In this document: one piece after another, positions 26,001 to 36,400 of the stretch
Layout of the letters: each line of letters opens with the position of its first letter
How positions within the stretch are numbered: position 1 is the stretch's first letter
DNA from: Phoronis australis
Lineage: Eukaryota; Animalia; Phoronida
Assembly: GCA_002633005.1 (NCBI GenBank)
Contig: NMRA01001062.1
Coordinates: forward strand, 1-61,359
Length of the DNA stretch: 61,359 nucleotides
Direction of reading: 5' to 3'
The notes under the pieces: generated by a model
Told to the model about the DNA's origin: nothing
Seen by the model: the letters and a program-made list of their open reading frames with translations, nothing else
Database searches by the model: none
Translations under genes and position numbers: made by a program

Positions 26001-29000
26001 TAAATAGGTAGGTGCCTCACACAACAGGTCTGGTTAAAACATCAGTCACCTTGTTATAAGCACCATTAATTTGTGCATAGAGTGATACCTTAGGAGGCTG
26101 ATGATGTCTTTTAATTCCTTCCAACTTGAATAAATACTATCGTAATCAAACTTTTTTCGAGCAGTCCTTTCTTCAGTTGCCCAAATCAGCAACTGGCCAT
26201 TTTTACACTACACGTGCACCCATATCTCCTGGCGTGCAAAGTGTAAAAATGGCCTCTTAATTAAGGTGTCCTTCTATATGCAAAAGGTACTTATAACAAT
26301 GTAACTTTGATGTTATAATCAGTGGGAGAAATAATTTGCGGAAAAGCTTCCGGTTATGAAGCTCCTGTAGGAGTTTCAATGTCTCTATGGTCAGTCAAGG
26401 CGGTGGCATTGTCTAGTTAAAAATTTGTGTAGCTTCTGCTAGTCACTTGATAATGGGGAATTTCCCATTTACTGAATGGTTGGCATGCTTACTGGTTTTA
26501 TCGGGGTCGCTGGTTCGATTTCCAGGTTGGGTGATCTTGATGTTGTAATCGTCAACATCATTCGTCCTTTATCTTTCTGTGGTGTCTAGTGATTTGTCAG
26601 TTTTATGGTTCCTTGGATGCTTCTTCTATTTAAACTGCTGGCGGGAACCCTGCTGGCAGTCTTTCAGCAAGCAATCAGGATGTCAGGGATGGGCACCTGG
26701 ATTGGGTTTTACTGAAGCTTGAATAGCTGTGTTTTAACTGGTGAGTACTTCTAGAGGCCTAGCTAGTGAACCTGCAGTAATACAACAATTGGCGTAGTTG
26801 GCACTGGTTAGGTTTTTCTAGGAGTATTCAACCACTTTTCTTGAAAACCTTTGCCTGACCAGGGCATTTTCTGTAGGTCCGGGGGAAACTGAGGTTGGAC
26901 AGGGGAGTGGTATGGTACTAGCGGGTTGCTGGTACGGTGGCCAAGTGGTCTCTTGGGGTTGGTGGTTTAACTGGGTTTTTATCCTTTAGGTTTTGGGTAT
27001 TTATTTATTTATTGTGTCCTTCTAGTTGGTGAGTTTAGTTTTAGGCATTGTTTTGGTTATGTTATTGAATTGAACACCATTCCATTGACCTAATTCTTTC
27101 TCACTACAACTAAGTTCCTTATTTATTATCATATCCTTGGTATTTATTTATTACGTCCGTGTAGTTGGTGAGTTTAGGCTTAGGCAGTGTTTTGGTTATG
27201 TCATTGGACACCATTTCATTGACCTAATACTTTCTCACTACAACTAATTCCCCTATTTATTATCGTATCCCTAGTGCGTGGTTAACCTGGGTGCGGTACT
27301 TTCATGTCCGTCCCAGTTGCCAGGAGGCCTATGTTTAGTGGAGGGTCAGTCACATTTCTCCGTGAACCTATCCATTTTAGGTTTGTGTCCAAGGCGTTCC
27401 CTTCGGGTTGGAATATGTCTGCATGGCCTCCACCCGAAGCACGTCAAAATGTAATATTCTAGCAGCAATTAAGGGTAGCATGCGTGTATGATGGTAGTGC
27501 AGGGTTTATTTTGAGAACTCCACTAGAAATGCACGTGTCCTATACCCTTTGGCAGCTACAAGTCCGGGGAGTCTCCCTAGCGAGAACTTATTCCGTTAGG
27601 AGACTGTTCTCCCACCCTGGGGGTGGGTTGGGATCCTGCTAAGTTTTCTCTTTATGAGTTACTTCATGTGTTTGGGATGTGCTGGCATTCTTAACTCTTT
27701 TTTATTAGTTTTGGTACTTCTAAATTTAACCTGTGTGTGTTATTCTCTGCTTCTAGGGGAACTGTCCTTGTCATTCTAACACTATTGGTTTACTTAGCAG
27801 TGGCTTTATTTTCGGTAAGGGGGGATATGGTTAAATTTTTGGGAAGTTTTTTGTATCTGGCGAATGATGTTGATTCCCAGGTGGTTCCCACACTTTTTTA
27901 GGGGGGAGGGGAATGTTGTAATCGTCAACATCATTCGTCCTTTATATTTCTGTGGTGTCTTGTGATTTGTCAGTTTAATGGTTCCCCGGATGCTTCTTTT
28001 ATTTATACTGCTGGCGAAAACCCTGCTGGCAGTCTTTCAGCAAGCAATCAGGATGTCAGGGATGGGCACCTGGATTGGGTTTTACTGAAGCTTGAATAGC
28101 TGTATTTTAACTGGTGAGTATTTATAGAGGCCTAGCTAGTGAAACTGCAGTAATACAACATTGGCAACAGCCAAACACTAACGAAGGTTTAATAGTAATG
28201 TCGTGAACGTGTATTCTCTCGTTGTGTGGCGTCATGTGGTGTTGTCTTTGTTCGTCTCTGTGTGTGTGGTGTTGACATAGTGAGCCAGTGATAGGTCACG
28301 TGACTCTGGGCACGAGGGGGAATCGGGCAGTCTATGAAAGGGTGTGGAAATAGAGAGACGCTCTGGTCTTCCATCTCCCTCCTTTTCGTGCCCGTTATGT
28401 CCTTTTACGGGGTCGGAGGCCGGGTTTCGGGCACACGCCCTATTACATCTTCCGAAAATATTCAATATATCATCTATTCACATGCTCGCGTTTCCGGGGT
28501 TACAGCGTCGTCGCGCTTGGGCGATTCTTCGCCTGTTTTCTTACATAGAGGGTAGGGAATTGGTGTCATACAGCGATTTGATGGATATGGGGGGGTTGAT
28601 CGTGCGCAGTTTGCCATGTATACCATCTGTGTTGCTGGTGGACGAGGTGGCGATGTTCTTAATATGCCGTGTGATGGGATGGCCGATACCATCTCGTTTT
28701 ATCGCACCGGATGGTCGCTTAGAGAATCCTGCATGTGTGTTCCTCTGGTACATTATTTTGGGGATGATGGCACGCGTGTCGGAGGCCCTTCGCTCTGAGT
28801 GGATCCGTTGGTGTGATGAAGAGTCCGCATCTACTGAAATGCAGGAAGTACCATTTATTCCTTTAGCAGCGCCACTGCATCAGACATCTACTGGGGTAGA
28901 CATTGTGTCGACTCCTACCAACGGACCGGTGAATGCACCGTTAACAACGGCGCCTGTGACTACATCGTTCACCACTTTTGCTCAGGTAGTTGCAGAGGGT

Positions 29001-31049
29001 TCGTCTAGGCCGGGAGGGGCACCTACTGCGATTGGAACGACTGTTGCGGCCGAGTCTATTTCAACTCTGCGCAAAGTAAAAGCGGATCCTCAGGCTTTGG
29101 ACTCGCATTTCCACATTAATAGGTTATCTGTGGCCCATCGTGAGAAAACGGGCGTACGGACAGTGGACAGATGGCTGTCAGTACCAGAACTCCTGGCGGC
29201 GGGTATGTGCAGGCAACCGACGGTGCCAGTGACCCTCTGTGGGGGGATCATGGTTTTTTGCGATGCACATGACTTTCGCGTCTATGGGTGCCTATGTGAA
29301 ACAGCTTCCTGTGGGATGGAAGGCAGTCGTAGGCATCCATCCTAAACAGCTCTCCAAATTGGATTTCCGTGCGCGGGAAGTTATGTTGGGGTTGCTGGCA
29401 GAACCAAAGGTAGCAGGGCTTGGCAAAGTCGGATTGGAACAAGGGAGGGACGAGGTATGGCAGGCGCGTGCATTAGAAGATTTGATAATTCATTTTTGTC
29501 GGCTGGAAAAGAAAAAAGCTTAATATCGTAGGAAGGTGCTAGTGATTCACCTGCGAGGGGCCAAGCATGATGTTCATTATGATTGGGGTTTTGCTACACT
29601 CCGTGAGATTTTGCGGCGTCATGCTCCGCGGAGTATTCGTATGCACTTACACACCTTTGTGGGAAATACAAATGTCGTGCGCGACTTCTGTGAGGAATTT
29701 CCTTCGTGTTATTTTGGCTTTTCAGGTTTGGTATGCAGGTACAACCGCTGGCAGGTTGCAGCGTTACGCGCGGTTCCTCTGCAGCGGTTGTTGTTGGAAA
29801 CTGATTCCCCTCACCTTCCGGTAAATGCTAAACCTAATTACCCTCAGTTTATAGGGGAGGTCGCGGAAGTTGTGGCAAAGCTAAGGGGGGTGTCCACTGA
29901 GGTGGTTCTGGACGCGAGCGTTCGTAACGGATGAAGGTTATACCGATTATAGAGGGGCATGGGGGTGGTATATGAGATATTATAGAAATAATAGTTTTTT
30001 TCCCTTTTCTATATATATATTTTTTTTTTGCATATGCCTCTTTATGTTATATTTAGGGGCATTTCCGTCTCGTCTGTTCGGACTTCTTGTGGATTATATT
30101 AGTTGTTTCTTTTTTTTTGTTGTTTTTGTGTATTAAGTTCTTACTTGAAAGTAAGGAGATGGGTTTTTGGTGTTTTTTTTGTTTTTTCCTTTTCGTTGAG
30201 TGCCCTTTTCTTTTTAGAGTCAATAGGTTTTGTTTTTAGTCATTGTTTTTCAGGCCACTATGTTTAGGATAATTTTCTTTTGGGAGGGACGGTTTAGTTG
30301 TGAAGTGCTACTAACGTCACATCAAATGTAATTTTTTTTTCTCATTAAGTTATTTTATTTTTTCTTTCTTTCTGCGAAACTAATTGATGTTTCTTTTTGT
30401 TACATTTGGTACGACTGTTGGTCTTCTAACATTTGTTTGGGGATATTAGGAATTAATGTTAGGCATATTCTTTTTAGGAAGGGGGGAGTGTCGTGAACGT
30501 GTATTCTCTCGTTGTGTGGCGTCATGTGGTGTTGTCTTTGTTCGTCTCTGTGTGTGTGGTGTTGACATAGTGAGCCAGTGATAGGTCACGTGACTCTGGG
30601 CACGAGGGGGAATCGGGCAGTCTATGAAAGGGTGTGGAAATAGAGAGACGCTCTGGAGAGTGTAACTAGAAGCGCTCTTAAAAAGTGTGACACTGATGGC
30701 AAGCCCGGACAAGAAGTTGGGTAAGTTGGCTGTCTCTGATGAATTATAGGCCGCGTTACTATAGTAAGGTAATAAGTTAGGGCATGCTAGCTCGACAGTC
30801 TGCAAAAACTAGAGCCCAACACTCAACAGCACTTAACAGTCTTAACATACCTGTTGAATTTAGCCCAATCCACGAGTGGTCACAACACTCGTAAAAACGG
30901 CATTTGATGAAATCTCTTCCCAGAGCTAGTAGAGATATTGCAGCAGCTGTCACTGCAGCTCCAATTGTTAATGGTTCGACAGCTAATGCGAAAAAATGAA
31001 GGTTCCCCCAGACCAAAAAACACAAAATGTAACGTATGTCCACTCGCAT
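20048..31049 (-). CDS. TOR1A: Torsin-1A/1B-like AAA+ ATPase, 5 exons, ~341 aa
   Basis: Exons 31049-30851, 24632-24370, 23177-23002, 22242-22118 and 20310-20048 are all GT-AG and phase-compatible (1026 nt). Signal peptide, CRFYECC, GQHL, torsin Walker A GATGTGKN, Walker B FDEMDK, sensor-I LSN, VPFLPLE and sensor-II GCKRV are present. Confidence 0.96.
20804..20931 (+). repeat. 31-bp minisatellite, 4 copies
   Basis: TGTCACTGTGGAGTACCAGAGCAGTTGGACC units in the last torsin intron. Confidence 0.9.
21010..21530 (+). repeat. Degenerate ~30-bp minisatellite
   Basis: Consensus approximately CAGTCAGTCCTATTAAGAGAGAGTCACGGCC, roughly 16 diverged copies. Confidence 0.85.
21640..21890. mobile_element. 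MITE with TIRs
   Basis: GGCGCCGTTCCAAGAAAACT ... AGTTTCTTGGAATGGGCCC inverted ends around a CTTAAG-rich interior. Confidence 0.6.
22783..22973. mobile_element. MITE with ~28-bp TIRs and internal TTTACGCC(A/G)C repeats
   Basis: TTGGGGGGAAGTGTTGCTGTAAAATTA versus TAATTTTACAGCGACACTTTCCCCCAA. Confidence 0.7.
26541..28160 (+). mobile_element. Non-coding LTR retroelement (TRIM/LARD-like)
   Basis: 247-bp LTRs at 26541-26787 and 27914-28160 with TGTTGTA...TACAACA ends and about 13 differences by eye. PBS TGGCGTAGTTGGCA at 26790 (tRNA-Ser-like), PPT AGGGGGGAGGGGAA at 27900-27913, imperfect TSD TTGA/TTGG. No ORF inside; internal ~140-bp tandem duplication at ~26995-27275. Confidence 0.92.
28199..30763 (+). 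mobile_element. Internally deleted LTR retroelement carrying a zinc-finger + TatD nuclease gene
   Basis: 28199-28366 is identical to 30489-30656. The 3' copy is preceded by the PPT AGGAAGGGGGGAG and extends to CGTTACTATA (30763). TSD GTAA at 28195-28198 and 30764-30767. The 5' LTR is truncated with no PBS, and no gag/pol is visible. Confidence 0.88.
28367..29952 (+). pseudogene. tatD: C2H2-like zinc finger + TatD-family metallo-nuclease, disrupted
   Basis: CPLC-x12-H-x3-HLP, then TatD motifs DSHFH (29100), GIHP, GKVGLE (degenerate GEIGLD), [26 protein letters not shown] and NG*RLY. One frameshift (~29270-29295) and in-frame stops at 29521 and 29932. Confidence 0.9.
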
Positions 31050-32753
31050 CTCGAGGTATTTTCCTTGATCTAGTTATCAAACATTCAACAACGCGAAACG
31101 CCACCTAGTGTAACCTCGCCCACCAATAAAAATAGGTAGCAACAACCACGTTTCTACAATAAAAAGATCTGTTGAGGGAAATGATTTCCATTTTGCACTT
31201 ACCTTATTATTACCAGGGCTCGACGCTAATAAAATCGCCAGGTCGCATTTTGCGACCTAGCCAAAATCCCAGGTCGCATTTTCAAAATCCAACTCGCATT
31301 CGTAAATGCCAGGTCGCAAAATTTTCCCGCCATTTTTACGCGCCAAAACAGATTTTTTAGATCATCGGGAAAATGTTTAGATTATGCTCTTACCTGCAGC
31401 GTTAAATACTCACAAATTTCGGATTTCAAAATTGACTTCATTCATGCAGGTACGGCCTTACTGTTCTTCACGACCGCCATTGAAAGTCTCTAGAGCGCAA
31501 GGCAAGTTGCCGGCGTGAAAGTTGAATCAGTGCTCTCTAACTGACTCGTGCATTCGAGTAGCTAAATTTGCGATGTGAAAAGGGAGAAAATGCCCGTTGA
31601 AAAAGTATCCGGGATTTTGTTAGATCTGGTCTGCTACTGGCCGTCATCAAAGTCGTTAACGATTCGACTACTAACTCGGGTAATCGCTAGTTTGGTCTTC
31701 AATACTCTCCAAATGCGGGAAAAATAGGTCAGTCGCAAAACGACACGCATGTAACTAGTGTTAAATTTCTTTCCGAGGTATAAAACAAAGCCGGGATTTG
31801 GTTTTTACATACTGTGAAAAGACGTTTTTGAAAACTGAAGTTGTGTAAAATGAAAGGGACACACACCATATAAGCTGCGTGTTAATTTAAAACCACACGC
31901 GGTCGTTTGTAGTGCGCAATGATGGGCGCTAGCTTGAGCTGTGGGCGCTTAATTGGAAATTCTCAAAATTTAAGGGGGGACTTTTAATAGATCAGCGAGC
32001 GCTTATTATGAAACACTTTAAAGTTAGGGAGTAGGCTTGTGCGTGAGCATAGTCGTTCACCTCAGTGTTTGCGGTAATAAGATATTAAAACGCTGCAATG
32101 GTAAGAAACGTTATAATAATACGATTTTCCGAGGCAAACTCCATCTGGTAGGGGCGACTTTCTGGATATCGTTACCACCTACATTGTAACCTTTTTAGCC
32201 ACCCGGAATGATTTTTTTTAACTGCCCGCTTCAGCCGGAANGTTCTTCACGACCGCCATTGAAAGTCTCTAGAGCTCAAGGCAAGTTGCCGGCGTGAAAG
32301 TTGAATCAGTGCTCTCTAACTGACTCGTGCATTCGAGTAGCTAAATTTGGGATGTGAGAAAATGCCCGTTGAAAAAGTATCCAGGATTTTGTTAGATCTG
32401 GTATTCTACTGGCCGTCATCAAAGTCGTTAACGATTCAAACTAACTCGGGTAATCGCCGAGTTTGTTCTTCAATACCTTCCAAGTACGGGAAAAATAGGT
32501 CAGTCGCAAAACGACACGCATGTCACTAGTGTTAATTTTCTTTCCGAGGTATAAAACAAAGCCGGGATTTGGTTGTTACATGTTGTGAAAAGACGTTTTT
32601 GAAAACTGAAATTGTGTAAAATGAAAGTGACACACACCATATAAACTGCGTGTCAATTTTAAACCACACGCGGTTGTTTGTAGTGCGCAATGATGGGCGC
32701 TAGCTTGAGCTGTGGGCGCTTAATTGGAAATTCTCCAAATTTAAGGGAGGACN

Positions 32754-33433
32754 AACAAAAATATACTATATAGTTTTAACAAATAAACACTACTATATAA
32801 AAATAATAGACCAGTATGCTACTTAACTACTTAACTACTACGGACATCACAATTCTTCTAGGACCAAGGCAAGGGTAAGGCACAAACCCAGAGACCGTAG
32901 TTAGCCTCAGAGTTTATAATATCGGGCAATTACCCAAGGGACTAGGAGAAAACCTGGGGCATAGGTTATGACCCAGGCACACCAGGATGCTGAACCACCT
33001 CTAACAACTTGTTAGAGATGGTAAAGCCGCCTGGCGTTCCTGGTGGAAGCAGCCAGGATGTCACGCAGCGGACGACGAGAACGCTGCGCCACCTCCATGG
33101 CTACTTCTCCCAGGTATTGGGGCGCCATTGGGGCTTGCCCAATGGCGAGGTGCGGTGAATCGGACTCCAGGAGGAGTCGATTCATCGGAACCTCTTGTAG
33201 CCCCTTGTTTTGGAACTTTAGAAACTGCCGCACGTGACCAGCAGCGAACTCCAGAAGGCCCAGACGATCTTGTCACGTGGTCTTGATGGTTGACTCGTCA
33301 CGTGATAGGAGTATGACCTCGGCTGGGCTCTTCTGGCGTTAGATGTCGCATCAGGCCAAGACCAACATTGTTAACAAAAGGACATCACAACATAGAGACG
33401 CCACAGCCGAGACCAACGTCGACATTTACTACA
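32754..33433 (-). mobile_element. Second, diverged TatD-carrying LTR element fragment
   Basis: The minus strand starts TGTAGTAAATGTCGACG...TCTCGGCTGTGGCGTC...ATGTTGTGATGTCCTTTTGTT, alignable to the start of the 28199 LTR. After ~170 bp it runs into the TatD C-terminus and then a T-rich tail cut by the N at 32753. Confidence 0.75.
33012..33270 (-). pseudogene. tatD: TatD nuclease C-terminal fragment
   Basis: VPMNRLLLESDSPHL...PQYLGEVAMEVAQ...NARRLYHL*, homologous to [15 protein letters not shown]...[13 protein letters not shown]...NG*RLYRL of the first element. Confidence 0.85.
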
Positions 33434-33445
33434 GAACCAAAAGCA

Positions 33446-36400
33446 ATGGAAGAGAGAAGTCACACTCTAACTCGACCGGGCGATGGCTCAATAGATGGGG
33501 AAAAGGCTGGCCCGCAACCCATGGTATGTCATAAAGTGACGCCGAATTCCATTTGTGAATTTAAGATAAGTGAAAGCACGGGGCCTGATCTATGAGGTGG
33601 TAACTACATGTCTCTCCCTCCATTCTACCATAAACACTTGCCAATGAGATGGATGCTAGAAATGTATTTCAAGAGGACGGGTTGTCATAATTTTCAATTG
33701 TTTTCAGCCTCAAGTGAACCTGACTCGCGAAGAAATGCGAGTTTTACAGGAGTGTAGCATTGAGAGTTTTTTGTATCGATGTAAGTTATTAACAGTATGT
33801 AAGTATGTTGGCTTGTTCTTGTCACACTTTTATAGCTACAAAGATCTGCAACTTGAAAGTAAATTAAGACTTGTTAGAGAAGACAATAAAGATTCTACCT
33901 ATGTGCTTCAAGTATGTGAGCCATCCATCTAGCTGTATAAAGACTATCGTCAAAATACTGCTAGGTTGTGTTAATCTTCCATAGACCCTAGGTTCTGCCT
34001 GTCACGTACCTCGCCGTGCTTGTTTCAACACGTAAAGCTAAAGACCAGACGGGGTGCATGCAAAATTTGGGAGTCAACCGACACTCACCTTGCCCGTTGC
34101 AACCGTTTAAGTGAAAAACAATGCAATAAACATTACTTTCTTGCATCATTCTTGACCTTTTGTAACAATTACAATGTATGTTGTCATTTTGAAAACAGTA
34201 CACTCGTGTCACGCGCACATGCCATTTCCTAAATTTTTGCGACAACTTCGCAGCAGTAAAATTTGTTCTGAAATTCGGTTTTTTGGTATCAAAATTCTAA
34301 AAACTTATAATAAAGTTAAACTAGTTCTAATAATTTGTGTTGATGTGTACGCAACCTTGTGAAAGAACAACAGTTGATTGAAGAATTGGCGAAAAAAGAA
34401 ACTGGGCAATTGGTGACGCAATATTTCATGGAGCGGAAAGCCGATGCAGAAGATCGCTCCACAACTTTGCCAGCAGAATAACGATAGAACAACATTTTTT
34501 CTAACACCGTTAAATAATATAGTTTACTCAAGGAAGACGGTAATTTTTAATGACACTAATTTTGTGTCACATTTTATCTTACAACTTTTTTACCCATATC
34601 GGTGCGAAGTTGTACATTTAGTATACAGCTTTCTACCAAAGCTACAAGGATGTAGGATCATAAAAACTAGAACTGTCTTTGAACTGACTTTATTTTAGAT
34701 CGCGAGTTAATTTGTTCTAACAAACAGAAATCATTAGTAAGATTCACCACAGAAATGCATGCATATCTCTATGCAATAGTTAAACTACTGTATGTGAGCG
34801 TATTTGGTCCAAAATAATGGAATTTTATCAAAGCATTTTTGTCCTCAGAACATATAAGCACAAAGTCCCTAAGCTTCATGGATGAATGCATGCTGCTATC
34901 CCTTAAGTATGTACATGCATGTCTTAAACTGAGTGTTTTGTCCATTCTGACTACATTTGCTTATATTTCCTCCGTATTTAGCTGCCTAAAATGAAAAATG
35001 AATTAAGCTGGTCTCATAATTATGCTTGTTCCCACCTCAGCATGAATTGATTAATTACAAGAACATCGACACCAACAGTTTATTGAAATTACAAATTTGA
35101 AAATGATGCGTGTATGTATAGCCTGTGAGTTGCTGGCTGATTGGTCAGCAATTCAAAATCGGTTAAGCACGGTCTGTAACGTTTTCAAGCCCCAAAGCCA
35201 TTTGGTTAAGAATTCAACATTGGCTGCTAAATAGCGGCGAAATTCTCGTTTAAGTTAATGGTATGTTAAATTTAAAACATTGAACAATTCGTTTTCTAAT
35301 GAATATAGTAAACTTCACTCACAACTTATTTTAGAAATTTGCTCCTTAGCTTTATGTCACGATTTCATATGGCTCGGCTTCAACATATAGACGCAGCATT
35401 CTCCGCAGTTACTGGGTGGAGTTTAAATTTTGTTGTGACAAGTTTACCTAACGCGTGTTGAGTTTGATAATCTATTCAATGACTTTAAAGTATTGGGAGA
35501 TTAGTAATTTCGTAAGGAAATTAGAACTTTTTGGATTTTTCTACCAGTTCAATGCACTTATTCCAAGACACACCTGCTTGACACACCTGCTCCCCATAGT
35601 ATGGGCACGGAACACGAGACACACCTGCTCTCCATAGTATGGGCACGGAACATGTGACACACCTGCTTTCCATAGTATGGACACGGAACATGAGACACAC
35701 CTGCTTTCCATAGTATGGGCACGGAACACGAGACACACCTGCTCTCCATAGTATGGGCACGGAACACGTACCACATGGACTTTGTAATTTTCTGTAATGG
35801 TTGTGGAGAACACTGCTGGCGTATGGGCGTAAATGCATGTAGTGTAGTTCAAGTCACATGATAATTTACATATCATGTCTAAGCACATTCTAACTTTAAA
35901 TTTCACTGTTTGCAGGTTTGCCATTTTCATCGGTTTTCATGACCTCAACTCAAGTTTTAATGAATCGGGGTAAGTCATATTGAGTAGGTATCTTTAGATT
36001 GATATTTAAAGTCATATTGACTTGTTATGTTTAGATTAATATTTAAAGTCATACTGAGCATTTCTCTTTAGATTAATATTTTAAGTCATATTGACTAGTT
36101 ATGTTTAGATTAATATTTAAAGTCATACTGAGCATTTCTCTTTAGATTAATATTTAAAGTCATACTGAGCATTTCTCTTTAGATTAATATTTAAAGTCAT
36201 ATTGACTAGTTATCTTTAGATTAATATTTATAGTCAGATTAAGTAGTTATTTTTAGATTAATGTTTAAATTCCTCAGCTATTTATGACAAATTTGATGAA
36301 AACGTGAAGTCACTGTATAAATCAATTTTGAAGTCAGTCACTGAACAGGAATGTTTATATTAAAAGCTTGTTATTCCAACTGTTTACTTTTACATGTTAC

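Noticed and set aside
28344-29952. Programmed frameshift/readthrough or bacterial contamination as an explanation for the split TatD
   Set aside because: The multiple lesions (frameshift, TAA, a likely CGA>TGA, and E>K in the GE motif) fit decay. The sequence sits inside LTRs within a torsin intron, so it is not contamination.
28199-30763. DIRS/Ngaro split-direct-repeat element
   Set aside because: There is no second copy of 30657-30763 and no tyrosine recombinase. The PPT, TG start and TSD favour an integrase-type LTR element.
31444-31455. ATGCAG|GTACGG as OCIAD1 first coding exon
   Set aside because: It lies in a probable transposon-derived segment, and a better exon (33446-33523) gives an OCIAD1-like length.
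31464-32752. Duplicate 31464-31980 / 32242-32752
   Set aside because: Bounded by single Ns (32241, 32753); probably allelic contigs.
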